This document shows positions 10,859-21,327 of a stretch of DNA of 64,000 bases, piece by piece. The translations under genes and the position numbers were made by a program. Each line of letters begins with the position of its first letter. The stretch's first letter is position 1. The DNA is from an uncultured Poribacteria bacterium (GTDB lineage: Bacteria; Poribacteria; WGA-4E; WGA-3G), in assembly GCA_951813565.1 (NCBI GenBank), contig OX638351.1, forward strand, positions 2,624,001 through 2,688,000. The letters are read 5' to 3'. The notes beneath the pieces are model-generated. The model was not told the origin of the DNA. It ran no database searches and worked only from the letters and a program-made list of their open reading frames with translations.

Positions 10859-11671
10859 ATGCTTACCCAAACCCAGGTTGACACGTTCCGTGAGAAAGGC
10901 TTTCTGCTCGGAAATCGTGTCCTAACTGACGAACAGGTCGAAGAATTGCGGTCAGAATTGGCTCGAGTGATTGACGATTACGAAAAAAACGATGTCCCGC
11001 AGCCTGTACGAATTGCTAACCTTGGCGGACGCGAAGAAAGTCCTGTCTGGCAAATCGTTAATATCTGGGAGGCGAGTCCTGCCTACCACCGACTTATTTA
11101 CAATCCAGTAATTGTAGAGGAAATTGGACAACTGACATCGGCTACAGAATTGCGCGTTTGGCACGACCAGATTCAATACAAACCCCCTCAGATTGGCGGT
11201 GTCAATAAATGGCATCAGGATTCACCGTTATGGGGAATACTTATGCCGAAAACGAGTCAGGTAACTGCTTGGGTCGCATTGGACGATGCTAATGAAAGCA
11301 ACGGATGTATGCGTATGGTCCCCGGTTCTTATCACTGGGGCAGTCAGATGGAGTTCTTGCGCACTATCGGAGACATCCACACAATGCATGACAACTTTGA
11401 AGAAAATAAACTATCCGTAGAACTCTGTCCTGTGCCAAAAGGACATGTGCATTATCATCATTCATTGACATGGCACGGATCACATGACAACGCCAGTGAC
11501 GCTGCACGACGTGCTATTGCGGTGCATTATATGACAAGCGAAACGGTTTACCATGAAAGTGGAAATCATCTCATGAAACCTTTTGTTACTGTTAATGGGG
11601 ATGAAAAATTGGCGGGTGATCATTTTCCACTTGTGATGGAGAATGGAACACCGACAAACTCGATGGCATGA
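10859..11671 (+). CDS. Phytanoyl-CoA dioxygenase (PhyH) family Fe(II)/2OG oxygenase
   Basis: WHQD, WVALDD, NGCMRMVPGS and WHGS..N…RRA motifs. Confidence 0.92.
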   Translation: MLTQTQVDTFREKGFLLGNRVLTDEQVEELRSELARVIDDYEKNDVPQPVRIANLGGREESPVWQIVNIWEASPAYHRLIYNPVIVEEIGQLTSATELRVWHDQIQYKPPQIGGVNKWHQDSPLWGILMPKTSQVTAWVALDDANESNGCMRMVPGSYHWGSQMEFLRTIGDIHTMHDNFEENKLSVELCPVPKGHVHYHHSLTWHGSHDNASDAARRAIAVHYMTSETVYHESGNHLMKPFVTVNGDEKLAGDHFPLVMENGTPTNSMA

Positions 11672-11700
11672 TCACTGAGTGTCAAAACACTGCATAATTA

Positions 11701-11949
11701 TAACGTGAGTTTGATAAATCCCGTAGGGAATCAACACCGAATGCGCCTACGGCATTCGGTGGGGTAGAACGGAAATGGACAATAAAAACAGACCCTAAAG
11801 AGAGGTTGTTGACCCATTTGAGGACGATATTTCCGAAAAAATAAGTGAAACCCAACTCTTTAGGACTCTCAAGACGGTTGAATTGTTGGGTTTCGCTTCG
11901 CTCTACCCAACGGACATCTATATTCATTTTAATTATCAAGTTCACGTTA
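11701..11949. mobile_element. MITE containing a REP pair and one 34-bp micro-insert
   Basis: TIR taacgtgagtttgataa / ttatcaagttcacgtta; 'atta' on both flanks. Confidence 0.65.
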
Positions 11950-11997
11950 ATTATAAATACTTTATCAATAAAAAAGCACATGTTATAGGAGACAAAT

Positions 11998-12804
11998 ATG
12001 CTTAACCAAGCCCAAATCTATGCATTTCGTGAGAAGGGCTTTCTCCTCGGAAGTCGTGTTTTAAACGATGAACAAGTTGAGGAATTGCGGTCAGAATTGG
12101 CTCGCGTTATTGATGACTACAAAAAGGACGATATTCCACAACCGGTTCATATTGTGAATCTCGGAGGCAGGGAAGAAACACCTGTCTGGCAAATTGTAAA
12201 TATATGGGAGGCGAGTTCCGCCTATCATAGACTTGTTCACAATCCTATCATCGTCGAAGAAATTGGACAACTCACATCAGCGACAGAGGTGCGCGTCTGG
12301 CATGATCAAATCCAATACAAACCGGCACAAGTCGGTGGTGTAAACATGTGGCATCAGGATTCACCTTATTGGCCAATTCTTACGCCAAAGACGAGTCAGG
12401 TTACCGGATGGGTCGCGTTAGACGATGTTGATGAAAGCAATGGATGTATGCGAATGGTGCCTGGATCATACCATTGGGGTAATCAGATTTCCTTTCTGCA
12501 TTCTGTCAAAGACATCCATTCAATGCCAAACCACTTTGAAGATCACGAATTGGAAGTAGAACTTTGTCCTGTACCTAAAGGTTATGTACATTATCATCAT
12601 TCCTTAACGTGGCACGGATCACATGATAACACAAGTAAACAACCCCGACGCGCAATTGCAGTGCATTATATGACAAGTGAAACGCTTTATGATGAAAGCG
12701 GAAACCATGTTATGAAACCCTTTGTCACAGTCAATGATGGTGAAAAATTAGCTGGCAACCATTTTCCACTTGTGATGGCATCTGGAAGTCCAATCAGTCC
12801 ATAG
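11998..12804 (+). CDS. PhyH-family dioxygenase (tandem paralogue of 10859)
   Basis: Same motifs and highly similar protein; identical RBS context ataggagacaaatATG. Confidence 0.92.
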   Translation: MLNQAQIYAFREKGFLLGSRVLNDEQVEELRSELARVIDDYKKDDIPQPVHIVNLGGREETPVWQIVNIWEASSAYHRLVHNPIIVEEIGQLTSATEVRVWHDQIQYKPAQVGGVNMWHQDSPYWPILTPKTSQVTGWVALDDVDESNGCMRMVPGSYHWGNQISFLHSVKDIHSMPNHFEDHELEVELCPVPKGYVHYHHSLTWHGSHDNTSKQPRRAIAVHYMTSETLYDESGNHVMKPFVTVNDGEKLAGNHFPLVMASGSPISP

Positions 12805-12826
12805 TTTGATCTTATAGGAGATTTTT

Positions 12827-14461
12827 ATGAAAGTTGTTGATGCGGTTGCAAAAGTCCTAAAGACAGAGGGTGTGGAATACTTATTCGCATATCCCGTTAA
12901 CCCGATTATAGAGGCAGCCGCGAAATTGGATATCCGCACCATCATTGTTCGTCAAGAACGCATTGGACTTCACATGGCAGACGCAATGAGTCGAATGACC
13001 TCCGGACAACAGATCGGTGTGTTCTGTATGCAAAGCGGTCCTGGTTCTGAAAATGCATTCGGTGGGGTCGCGCAAGCCTACGGTGATTCTGCCCCTATAG
13101 TTGTTTTACCGATGGGATATTCACGACCATTGTCCCAAATTCAACCTAACTTCAATTCTGCATTAAACTATCGGCACGTTACAAAGTCTTGTGAACAACT
13201 CACAGTGCCAGAAGCACTGCCAGAGGTGATGCGGCGCGCCTTTACACAAGTGCGGAACGGCAGACCGAGACCTGCACTTGTAGAAATTCCCGGTGATTTA
13301 ATGTCGCAGGAAGTGCCAGAACCGTTTGAACCGACACCTGTTCCCACTGTCCGTTATGGTCCCGACAGTGCTGAGATTGAAGCGGTTGCAGATGCCTTGA
13401 TAAATGCAGAATGTCCTGTTATTTACGCTGGGCAAGGGGTTCACTACGCGCAAGCATGGGATGCCTTGAAGGAACTCGCTGAACTCCTTTCTGCACCAGT
13501 TACAACGAGCTTGGGCGGAAAAAGTGCTTTTCCAGAAGATCATCCGTTGGCACTGGGTTCCGGTGGACGTTCTATTCCAAAACCGGTGCATCATTTCCTC
13601 CAAAAGACAGATCTCCTTTTCGGTATCGGATGCAGTTTCAGCAGAACAAACTTCGGTGTAACAATACCGGAAGGCAAACGCGTCATTCATGCGACGTTAG
13701 ATCCAGCAGACATCAATAAAGATGTGCCAGTTGAGGCAGCACTTGTCGGCGATGCACGCTTGATTTTAGAGGGATTGGTAGAGGCTGTTCGCGATCATTC
13801 TGATAACGCATCCGAAAGCCGCACGGCTGCAGTTACAGAAGAAATCAGTAATGTCAAAGCCGAATGGTTGGAAGAGTGGATGCCAAAACTCACCTCCGAC
13901 GAAGTGCCGATGACACCTTATCGCGTAATTTGGGATCTGATGCACACCGTTGATGTCAAAAACACAATCATCACGCATGATGCAGGCAGCCCACGCGATC
14001 AATTATCCCCGTTTTGGCAATGTGAAAATCCCCTCTCCTACATCGGTTGGGGCAAAACGACCCAGCTCGGCTACGGTCTCGGTCTGGCAATGGGGGCAAA
14101 ACTCGCAAAACCGGATGCACTCTGCATCAACGTTTGGGGAGATGCAGCTATCGGATTTACCGGCATGGATTTTGAAACTGCAGTGCGTGAACGAATTCCG
14201 ATTTTATCTGTCTTATTTAACAATTTCTCTATGGCAATTGAAATACCGATTATGCCTGTATCTACCGAGAAATATCGGTCTACAGACATTTCGGGCAACT
14301 ACGCAGATATGGCAAAGGCGTTCGGTGGTTACGGCGAACGCGTTGAAACACCGGACCAAATTATACCCGCTATCCAGCGCGGTATCCAAAAAACACAGGA
14401 GGGTATTCCCGCGCTGCTTGAATTTATCACAGCGAAAGAAATTCAGATTTCTAAGTTCTAA
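12827..14461 (+). CDS. Thiamine pyrophosphate-requiring enzyme (acetolactate synthase-like family)
   Basis: VRQE and SGPG motifs; GDAA…NN TPP-binding motif. Confidence 0.9.
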   Translation: MKVVDAVAKVLKTEGVEYLFAYPVNPIIEAAAKLDIRTIIVRQERIGLHMADAMSRMTSGQQIGVFCMQSGPGSENAFGGVAQAYGDSAPIVVLPMGYSRPLSQIQPNFNSALNYRHVTKSCEQLTVPEALPEVMRRAFTQVRNGRPRPALVEIPGDLMSQEVPEPFEPTPVPTVRYGPDSAEIEAVADALINAECPVIYAGQGVHYAQAWDALKELAELLSAPVTTSLGGKSAFPEDHPLALGSGGRSIPKPVHHFLQKTDLLFGIGCSFSRTNFGVTIPEGKRVIHATLDPADINKDVPVEAALVGDARLILEGLVEAVRDHSDNASESRTAAVTEEISNVKAEWLEEWMPKLTSDEVPMTPYRVIWDLMHTVDVKNTIITHDAGSPRDQLSPFWQCENPLSYIGWGKTTQLGYGLGLAMGAKLAKPDALCINVWGDAAIGFTGMDFETAVRERIPILSVLFNNFSMAIEIPIMPVSTEKYRSTDISGNYADMAKAFGGYGERVETPDQIIPAIQRGIQKTQEGIPALLEFITAKEIQISKF

Positions 14462-14507
14462 CATGTCCGATCAGAGAAACCTCATGGTCGTGACAAAGGA
14501 GTTTGAA

Positions 14508-15278
14508 ATGAAACTTATTACTACTGTTCTTCTCATTGCCCTAAGTCTTAGTGTCAATGCTTGGGCATTAAACGATGATAAGGCACTCATGATGTATCTT
14601 CCTTTTGATGAAGGTACGGGTGAGAAAGCCAAGGATGCGAGTGGAAATAACCTTGAAGCTACTTTGAATGGCGCAACCTGGTCGAAGGATGGCAAAATTG
14701 GTGCATGCATCCAATTGGCAAATACAGAGCAATTTGTTGAGGTTGACGCTGTTCCCGAACTTGATATTACTGATGAACTAACGATTCAAGCTTGGTTTTT
14801 CCCAGAACAAGACCAAGGTGATTCTAACCTGATGGGACGTAGGACAGCAAACAACATTGGCGGATATTGTCTTCAGTGGAGTTCGAATCCTACTGGTGCA
14901 CCGCAAATTGAAACGTGGATGAACGTGGGAGGCGGGTGGCAAGGGTCTCGTAATAAACAGACTATCAAACCCGAGTTGAACGAATGGCATCACGTATCTT
15001 CTACTTTTGACGGTGATATGATCCGCCAATATATTGATGGTGAGTTAGATGTTGAATGGAAACCACCCGGTAATGAGATTTTCAGTGTAGATGTAGTTTT
15101 CCGTATCGGCAAATCCCAGACAGGACTCTCAGGTACAGTATGTCTTGTTGACGAAGTAGCCATTTATAGCCGCGCCCTCTCCGAAGATGAAATCAATCAG
15201 GATATGAACAACGGTGTGTTCTTTGCAGTTGATCCAGGTGGCAAACTCGCCACAACCTGGGCAAACCTAAAGAAGTAA
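14508..15278 (+). CDS. Secreted LamG-like jellyroll protein with shared C-terminal tail
   Basis: AAGGAG RBS, signal peptide, YLPFDEGTG, WHHV and DEVAIYSRALSEDEI motifs; ends AVDPGGKLATTWANLKK. Confidence 0.88.
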   Translation: MKLITTVLLIALSLSVNAWALNDDKALMMYLPFDEGTGEKAKDASGNNLEATLNGATWSKDGKIGACIQLANTEQFVEVDAVPELDITDELTIQAWFFPEQDQGDSNLMGRRTANNIGGYCLQWSSNPTGAPQIETWMNVGGGWQGSRNKQTIKPELNEWHHVSSTFDGDMIRQYIDGELDVEWKPPGNEIFSVDVVFRIGKSQTGLSGTVCLVDEVAIYSRALSEDEINQDMNNGVFFAVDPGGKLATTWANLKK

Positions 15279-15364
15279 GCCAGACGCATCACTGTTGTTT
15301 ATAGTGAAACCCATAATAATTATTACGTTTTGATCTTTGTGTGAATATCAAATACTGTTTAATT

Positions 15365-15501
15365 TATAGTGAACTTCGAAAATAAAGATACACATTTTCT
15401 GTAGGAGCGATCTCCGAATCGCGACGAACCTCACTGATAGTCGGGAATCGGAATTCCCTCCTACGTCTGAAAATGTCCCGTTAATTCTAAAGTTTACTAT
15501 A
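15365..15501. repeat. TATAGT…ACTATA-ended MITE carrying a REP pair
   Basis: tatagtgaact / agtttactata ends; internal gtaggagcgatctccgaatcgcgac and an inverted partner; relatives near 44220, 52771 and 54965. Confidence 0.6.
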
Positions 15502-15568
15502 AATGTAAGAGGCGCAATAAATTGCGCGACTACAAACGCTGCTAACCTAAAGAAAATGTAAAAGTATT

Positions 15569-16976
15569 CGCAATAAGTAGTTTTGGACTTTCAAAAAGCC
15601 CTTAAGCGTTATGGAAATTTATACTTAATAGGGTATGAGAATTCGGAAAAGCACTAAACGGCGAAGACTAATTTCTAACTCTAATCTGCGAGAACTTCTG
15701 CCCCTCCACCTCACATCGGTATAAAAGTTGAGCGCGCTTGATAGATACTTTGCAACGGCAGACAATTCTTCTAATCGTTTTGCCGTTGTGATATGAGTGT
15801 GGTCCAGCTTGTCAAGACCTTATTCTCTAAGTTCTTCTGCCATCGTTGAGTGAGTCTTCATCTCATACTCTCATTGACAAACTTATCAAAAATGCTCTCA
15901 ATGTTCCTATAGTTGTATTTATAGCACGCCTCTGCGACATATAGGGGCGTGTATTCAGTCCAATAGTGGTGATGACTTCCATACCAAGCACGTTTGAGAA
16001 GTGACCAGAAGCCTTCAATCGTATTGGTATGGACATCACCGTCAACAAATTGTTCTTGATGATCAATGATATGGTGCTTCATCTCTTTACCGAGTGTGAG
16101 ATAAGCCTTATACTCATCAGTCATCAACTGCGATTTATCTACTTTAACAACTTCGCGAATAAAATTTAAGATAGTCCGTCCCGTCAAATCTTTTGCGAGT
16201 CTTGCCACAACTTTCCCACCGCGTTCAATCGCTCCGATGATAGCATCTTTATCAGTGCCACGCCCACGCTTAGCAGGATCCCTGTCCTCTTTTTTGTTCG
16301 CTTTGCGAGGTTTACCCCCGACATAAGTTTCGTCAGCCTCTATGATACCTTGTAAGAGGATATTATCTTTAGCCATTTCAGCACGGATGCATGTTCCCAT
16401 ACGCCACGCAGTCTTTTGATTCAAGTCCAAATCTCTTGCCAACTGATGACTTGAAAGACTCTTTTTAGCATTCGTCATCAACGAGATAGCCAAAAACCAC
16501 TTCTGAAGTGCTATCTTTGTCCCGTGAAACACCGTGCCACAAGTAACCTTGAAAGTAGCAGTGCAATCGTGGCATTGCCAGCGCCCGATGCGTCCCAATT
16601 CCGTTTCTGTTCGTCTTGCAACGTTTGGGCAATCACAATGTGGACACTTCGGTTTACCCTTCCACCGAATACTCTCTAAATGTTCAATACAACTCTCTTG
16701 ATCAGGGAATCGTTCCATCACTTTCAACAAATCCATCAGAAAACTCCTTTTTAGGAGTTGCTTTTTCTGACAGGTTTCTGATACAATAATTAGATAAGAC
16801 AGAATGCCAGAAAAGCAACTCGCTTTTTTGTGTTCAATTAGGGGGTTAGCAGCCCTCTAATTTCTTATCTAAATTGTATCATATTTTCACAATTAAAACA
16901 AGCGAAAAATGTAGTCTACACAAGGATTTAGAGCGATTTTTAAAATTTTGTTGAAAGTCCAAAACTACTTATTGCG
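15569..16976 (-). mobile_element. IS1595-family insertion sequence, copy 1
   Basis: 26-bp perfect TIR cgcaataagtagttttggactttcaa; 8-bp TSD aaagtatt. Confidence 0.95.
15858..16736 (-). CDS. IS1595-family (ISXO2-like) DDE transposase
   Basis: N-terminal zinc ribbon CPHC…CHDC; EADETY, TDE and HTNTIEGFWSLLKR motifs. Confidence 0.95.
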   Translation of the reverse strand: MDLLKVMERFPDQESCIEHLESIRWKGKPKCPHCDCPNVARRTETELGRIGRWQCHDCTATFKVTCGTVFHGTKIALQKWFLAISLMTNAKKSLSSHQLARDLDLNQKTAWRMGTCIRAEMAKDNILLQGIIEADETYVGGKPRKANKKEDRDPAKRGRGTDKDAIIGAIERGGKVVARLAKDLTGRTILNFIREVVKVDKSQLMTDEYKAYLTLGKEMKHHIIDHQEQFVDGDVHTNTIEGFWSLLKRAWYGSHHHYWTEYTPLYVAEACYKYNYRNIESIFDKFVNESMR

Positions 16977-17120
16977 AAAGTATTTATAGATTTACTATAA
17001 TATTTTCAATTCTGTTTGTGGCGGGTCCCAACACCCGCCTCTATTATATTTCCAATTTGTGCTAACCATCGTAGTTTCCAACCTTCCAAATTTTGAAATA
17101 CCCTTCAAGGAGGAATCAAC

Positions 17121-17909
17121 ATGAAAACTCAGAAAGTTATCTTCCTAAGCATTTTCCTAAGCCTACTCCTCTGCCAAGTTGGATTTGCTGCTGGTGGAAA
17201 AGGCAACGTGGCACAACTCGGCAAGAAGTTGTATGTCTGGCATCTTGACGAAGGCAGTGGAAAAGAGACAAAAGATGCGACTGCAGGTTTAGTCGGAAAA
17301 TTTAACGGTGATGTCAAGTGGACTGACGGTATCCTCGGCAAAGCCGTGCAGATGGCGGGAAAAGTCGGAGAACCGGATTTCATTGAGGTCGCACATTCTG
17401 ATGAGGTAGACATAGACCAAGCCATTACGATGATGGCATGGATTTATCCCGACGAACTTCCGGCAGGTGGGCAGGAGAACAAATTCACGATTTTCTACAA
17501 AAACACTTATTATCTGCAAATTGAACCTGGGGCAGGTCAATTCGCTTACTATTTCTACGATACCGATAACCCCGGTTACCATATTTCTGATGGTAAGGTG
17601 AAGGCGAAAGAATGGTCACATGTCGCGCTTGTATGGAACGGAACAGAAGCGCGTTTCTATATCAATGGCGAGCACGATGGCAAGGTCATTCCACAAAAAG
17701 GAACTGGCAGAAGCTCACCTGATAAGGTGTTGCGATTTGGTGGTGAGAGTAACGCTTGCTGTCCACGTTTCTTTCAAGGTCGCATGGACGAACTGATGTT
17801 AGCTAACTATCCACTTTCTGAAGCGGACATCCAGAAAGTCATCAATGATACACTTGATGTTTTCGCTCGCGGCAAATTGGCTACAACATGGGCAAATCTG
17901 AAAAGGTGA
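17121..17909 (+). CDS. Secreted LamG-like protein with shared C-terminal tail
   Basis: Signal peptide; WHLDEGSG, WSHVALVW and FQGRMDEL motifs; ends DVFARGKLATTWANLKR. Confidence 0.88.
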   Translation: MKTQKVIFLSIFLSLLLCQVGFAAGGKGNVAQLGKKLYVWHLDEGSGKETKDATAGLVGKFNGDVKWTDGILGKAVQMAGKVGEPDFIEVAHSDEVDIDQAITMMAWIYPDELPAGGQENKFTIFYKNTYYLQIEPGAGQFAYYFYDTDNPGYHISDGKVKAKEWSHVALVWNGTEARFYINGEHDGKVIPQKGTGRSSPDKVLRFGGESNACCPRFFQGRMDELMLANYPLSEADIQKVINDTLDVFARGKLATTWANLKR

Positions 17910-17991
17910 GATGAACGTCTATTGCTTCCTATTTCATGTAGGGGTGGGTACTTGTGCCCACCCATTTCTGGATCCTCCGAGTTGCGATTCC

Positions 17992-18020
17992 TTGCAATTG
18001 GCAGTAAACAAGCGTATAAT
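17992..18020 (+). promoter_or_regulatory. Putative sigma70 promoter of the ATPase operon
   Basis: TTGCAA-N17-TATAAT. Confidence 0.55.
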
Positions 18021-18053
18021 TGGTTTAAATCCATCCCCGTAGGAGAACGAATA

Positions 18054-19490
18054 ATGCGCGAAAATAAAGATACACAATCACTTAACGTCCACATTGCCGT
18101 AGAAAATTTTGGACCGATAGAGAAGGCAGAGATAGATTTGCGTCCGCTTACTGTGTTTGTCGGTGAAAGCAATACTGGTAAGACATATCTCGCGACGCTC
18201 GTCTATGTATTATTTAACACCTTTGAGGGGTTTTCCCGAGTGCCTTTGCCACATAGTATAATTTCGCTTTTAAAACACTCAAGATTCATATCTCAGAAGG
18301 AATTAGATGAAGAGACTCTGGAGACGCTAAAAAAACTAAACATCTGTGGACAACCATTCAAGTTTTCAGACTTGCCGCAGTGGTTATGTAAGCATATATT
18401 GCGCGGCTTTAACAATTCCGAACACTTTGCAGGCGAACTCAAAAGGTGTTTTGATCCGGCCTCTGTCTCAGAGTTGATTCGATTCACTGGTAACAAGGGA
18501 AACAAACTGAAGGTTTCACTAAAAGTAAGTGAGAAAAATCAACCTCTTTGGAACTTTGGAATGAAAAATTCTGGGTCGGACATCGCTGTAGATGGAAATG
18601 TCAATGAGGATATGACTCTTCACATCAAGGATGAAAGGATATCACAAGAAATATTGGGACTTGAAGATCTTACGCTACTTTTACAGGCCAACAGAAGCGA
18701 AACACCAGATTTCTATTACTTGCCTGCTGCTCGGGGCGGTATCATGGAAACCCGCGGGATAATTTCCAATTCACTTATAGATATCGCCACTCCTGGTGGA
18801 TCGGAGCACTTCACTAAAGATTCTACGTTCTCGGGAATGATAGCAGACTTCCTTAAGCAAATAATAAATTATAAAGAAGTTCGTATGCCTTCAAGGGAAA
18901 TAGCTGAGATTGCCAATCTTCTTGAAAAAGAGGTACTGTGTGGAGAGGTTGAAGTCAAGAGTCCAGCTGGAGGATTTCCAGAATTCCTCTACCATCCACG
19001 GGGAGCAGAACAAGGGCTACGTATGAGTCAATCATCATCAATGGTATCAGAACTTGCACCCTTAGTGTTGTTTTTGCGCGGTGTTGTAAAACCGAGAGAT
19101 ACACTCATTATTGAAGAACCAGAAGCTCACCTACATCCCAGGGCGCAAACCAAAATTGCCATTACCCTTGCCCGTTTAGTTCGCGCTGGTGTGCGTGTGA
19201 TTATAACAACCCATAGCGATTGGCTTCTACAACAAATCGGAAATCTGATTCGAGAGGGTGAACTGAATAAGCAGGAGCAAGATACTTCGGAATTACCGCA
19301 CTGGCTATCAAAAGAGGAGGTTGGTGCGTGGTGGTTTCACACTGATAAACCCGTCAAGGAAATTCCGTACGATCGCATTGAAGGTATAGAGCCAAGAGAC
19401 TACGAAGAAGTTGCGGATGGTCTCTACAATAATTTTGTTGAACTTGAGCGACAGTTCCTTAACGAGAAAGCAGAGAGTGAAAATGAATGA
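18054..19490 (+). CDS. ABC-type AAA ATPase (AAA_15/AAA_21-like)
   Basis: NFGPI, Walker A GESNTGKT, LPAAR, Walker B IIEEPEAHLHP, ITTHS; AGGAG RBS before ATG 18054. Confidence 0.9.
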   Translation: MRENKDTQSLNVHIAVENFGPIEKAEIDLRPLTVFVGESNTGKTYLATLVYVLFNTFEGFSRVPLPHSIISLLKHSRFISQKELDEETLETLKKLNICGQPFKFSDLPQWLCKHILRGFNNSEHFAGELKRCFDPASVSELIRFTGNKGNKLKVSLKVSEKNQPLWNFGMKNSGSDIAVDGNVNEDMTLHIKDERISQEILGLEDLTLLLQANRSETPDFYYLPAARGGIMETRGIISNSLIDIATPGGSEHFTKDSTFSGMIADFLKQIINYKEVRMPSREIAEIANLLEKEVLCGEVEVKSPAGGFPEFLYHPRGAEQGLRMSQSSSMVSELAPLVLFLRGVVKPRDTLIIEEPEAHLHPRAQTKIAITLARLVRAGVRVIITTHSDWLLQQIGNLIREGELNKQEQDTSELPHWLSKEEVGAWWFHTDKPVKEIPYDRIEGIEPRDYEEVADGLYNNFVELERQFLNEKAESENE

Positions 19491-19977
19491 AACTCTCAAC
19501 GAGATTCGTAATAGGATGGGTGAAGAAAATCTAACAAATTCGTGCGGTAGTAGCAACTGTCGGACTGACACGGATAATGTGCCAAGAGAGCGAGTTGTGG
19601 TAAATGTTGACCTTGCATTCAAAGCGCACGGAGAAACTGGCAAACATTGTGACAGGATACTTTTCTACATTAGCCCAACTGAAAACTACCTTGTTGTAGC
19701 TTTAATTGAACTCAAAAGCGGTACTTTCAAGGCAAGCGATGTTGGTGACCAATTGCGAAATAGTGCTAAATTTGTCCATAATTTTGTGCCACAAAATTGT
19801 GAAATAATCTGTGTTCCGATTCTATTCCATGGTCCAGGAAATCACAAATCACAATTCAATAAACTACGACGTGAGAAAATCAACTTCAGCGGCAAACCAA
19901 TTCCTATTAGCAAAAATAAATGTGGTGCACCTAAGAATTTAGCAAGTGTACTGATGCAAGCAAGTGAGCTATCCTAA
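19483..19977 (+). CDS. Hypothetical protein, putative PD-(D/E)xK nuclease
   Basis: HCDRILF…VALIELKSG…DQL pattern; overlaps the ATPase stop by 8 bp. Confidence 0.65.
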   Translation: MNETLNEIRNRMGEENLTNSCGSSNCRTDTDNVPRERVVVNVDLAFKAHGETGKHCDRILFYISPTENYLVVALIELKSGTFKASDVGDQLRNSAKFVHNFVPQNCEIICVPILFHGPGNHKSQFNKLRREKINFSGKPIPISKNKCGAPKNLASVLMQASELS

Positions 19978-19984
19978 TCCAACC

Positions 19985-21244
19985 CTAACTCCACAACCTA
20001 TCATGCGAACGTTCCGCATCCCATTCAGTCGTGGGAACGAAATATCCTGTCTCCTCCGCATGCAGATGTTCTCGGATCACTTCCTCATTGAGTTCAATGC
20101 CTAAACCCGGCGTTTCTGGCACTGCAATATAGCCATCTTGAATAATCGGATTTGGCAATCCAGTTACCATTTCGTCCCACCACGGATTATCCACAGAGTG
20201 ATTTTCCAACACCATAAAGTTTGATGTAGCCGCAGCGCAGTGAACGCTCGCCATTGCACAAACAGGCGTGCCTGCCATGTGCAGTGCCATTGCAATGCCG
20301 TGTTCTTCAGCAAGATCCCCAATCTTCTTCGTTTCCAAAATGCCACCCGATGTCGCAATATCGGGATGGCAGATCGCAATCGCCCGATTCTCGAACAACG
20401 GCATAAAATCTTCTTTGCAGTAAATATCCTCGCCCGTGCAAATAGGTGTTGCACACGAATTGGAAAGGCGAACATATTGGTCGGTATATTGCCACGGCAC
20501 CATATCCTCTAACCACGCGAGGTTATACTCCTCCAATGCTCTTGCAAGACGAATACAATCCTCAATACCGATATGCCCGAAATGATCTACCGCGAGCGGC
20601 ACCTCATAACCGATAATGTTCCGCACCGTTTCTACATATTCACACAATATACTGATGCCTTTTTCCGTCAGGCGAATGCCTGTGAACGGATGCATCAGAT
20701 TGTTTGTGTCTAAATGTCCATCGGGTGCCGAGAGGGTGCCAGACGTACCACGAAGCAGTCCGACACCAATGTCCATCTTCAGAAACGTAAAACCTCTATC
20801 TATGCGTTCTTGAAGTTTATTGCCCATCGCTTCAGCGTCTTTGAGCGAAGGCGTATCGCTATAACATCGAATTTTGTCTCGAAATTTCCCGCCTGCAAGT
20901 TGATAACACGGCACACCGTAAGCTTTCCCCGCAAGGTCCATCAATGCCATCTCAATTCCACAGACTCCGCCACCTTGCCTTGCATGATGACCAAATTGTT
21001 TTATCTGCCGAAAGATTTTATCAACGTTACAAGGGTTCTCCCCCAAAATTCTGCTTTTGAGCATCAATGCATAAGTTGGACTCGCGCCATCGCGAACCTC
21101 CCCAAGTCCATGTATACCCTGATTTGTATCAAGTTTCAAGATAGGTCCACCCACTTGTGTTCGAACAATACGCATATCGTTGATTTTGAGTTCTGAGGGA
21201 CGAGAAGCAGTATTGACATTCGATAATATGGACTGTGTTTCCAT
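19985..21244 (-). CDS. Mandelate racemase/muconate lactonizing enzyme (enolase superfamily)
   Basis: GIEMALMDLAGKAYGVP, LKMD, WLED, CTGED and PETPGLGIELN motifs. Confidence 0.92.
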   Translation of the reverse strand: METQSILSNVNTASRPSELKINDMRIVRTQVGGPILKLDTNQGIHGLGEVRDGASPTYALMLKSRILGENPCNVDKIFRQIKQFGHHARQGGGVCGIEMALMDLAGKAYGVPCYQLAGGKFRDKIRCYSDTPSLKDAEAMGNKLQERIDRGFTFLKMDIGVGLLRGTSGTLSAPDGHLDTNNLMHPFTGIRLTEKGISILCEYVETVRNIIGYEVPLAVDHFGHIGIEDCIRLARALEEYNLAWLEDMVPWQYTDQYVRLSNSCATPICTGEDIYCKEDFMPLFENRAIAICHPDIATSGGILETKKIGDLAEEHGIAMALHMAGTPVCAMASVHCAAATSNFMVLENHSVDNPWWDEMVTGLPNPIIQDGYIAVPETPGLGIELNEEVIREHLHAEETGYFVPTTEWDAERSHDRLWS

Positions 21245-21270
21245 CTGTATCTCCTTTACTCCTTTAAAAT

Positions 21271-21295
21271 GTAGAGGCGGGTCTCCGTGCCCGCC
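21271..21295 (+). repeat. GTAG REP (empty form of the site filled at 8525 and 48042)
   Basis: gtagaggcgggtctccgtgcccgcc. Confidence 0.7.
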
Positions 21296-21327
21296 TACGC
21301 TCCTGCATACAAAAAACTGAATTTGGT

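Noticed and set aside
13950..14507. Long N-terminal extension of the LamG ORF overlapping the TPP enzyme
   Set aside because: RBS and signal peptide place the start at 14508. The same reasoning trims the ORF-track starts at 1843, 17922, 19411, 25689 and 47041.
15625..15861. Passenger ORF downstream of the IS1595 transposase
   Set aside because: The coupled ATG hits TAA after 13 codons, and the remaining frame has no recognisable motif.
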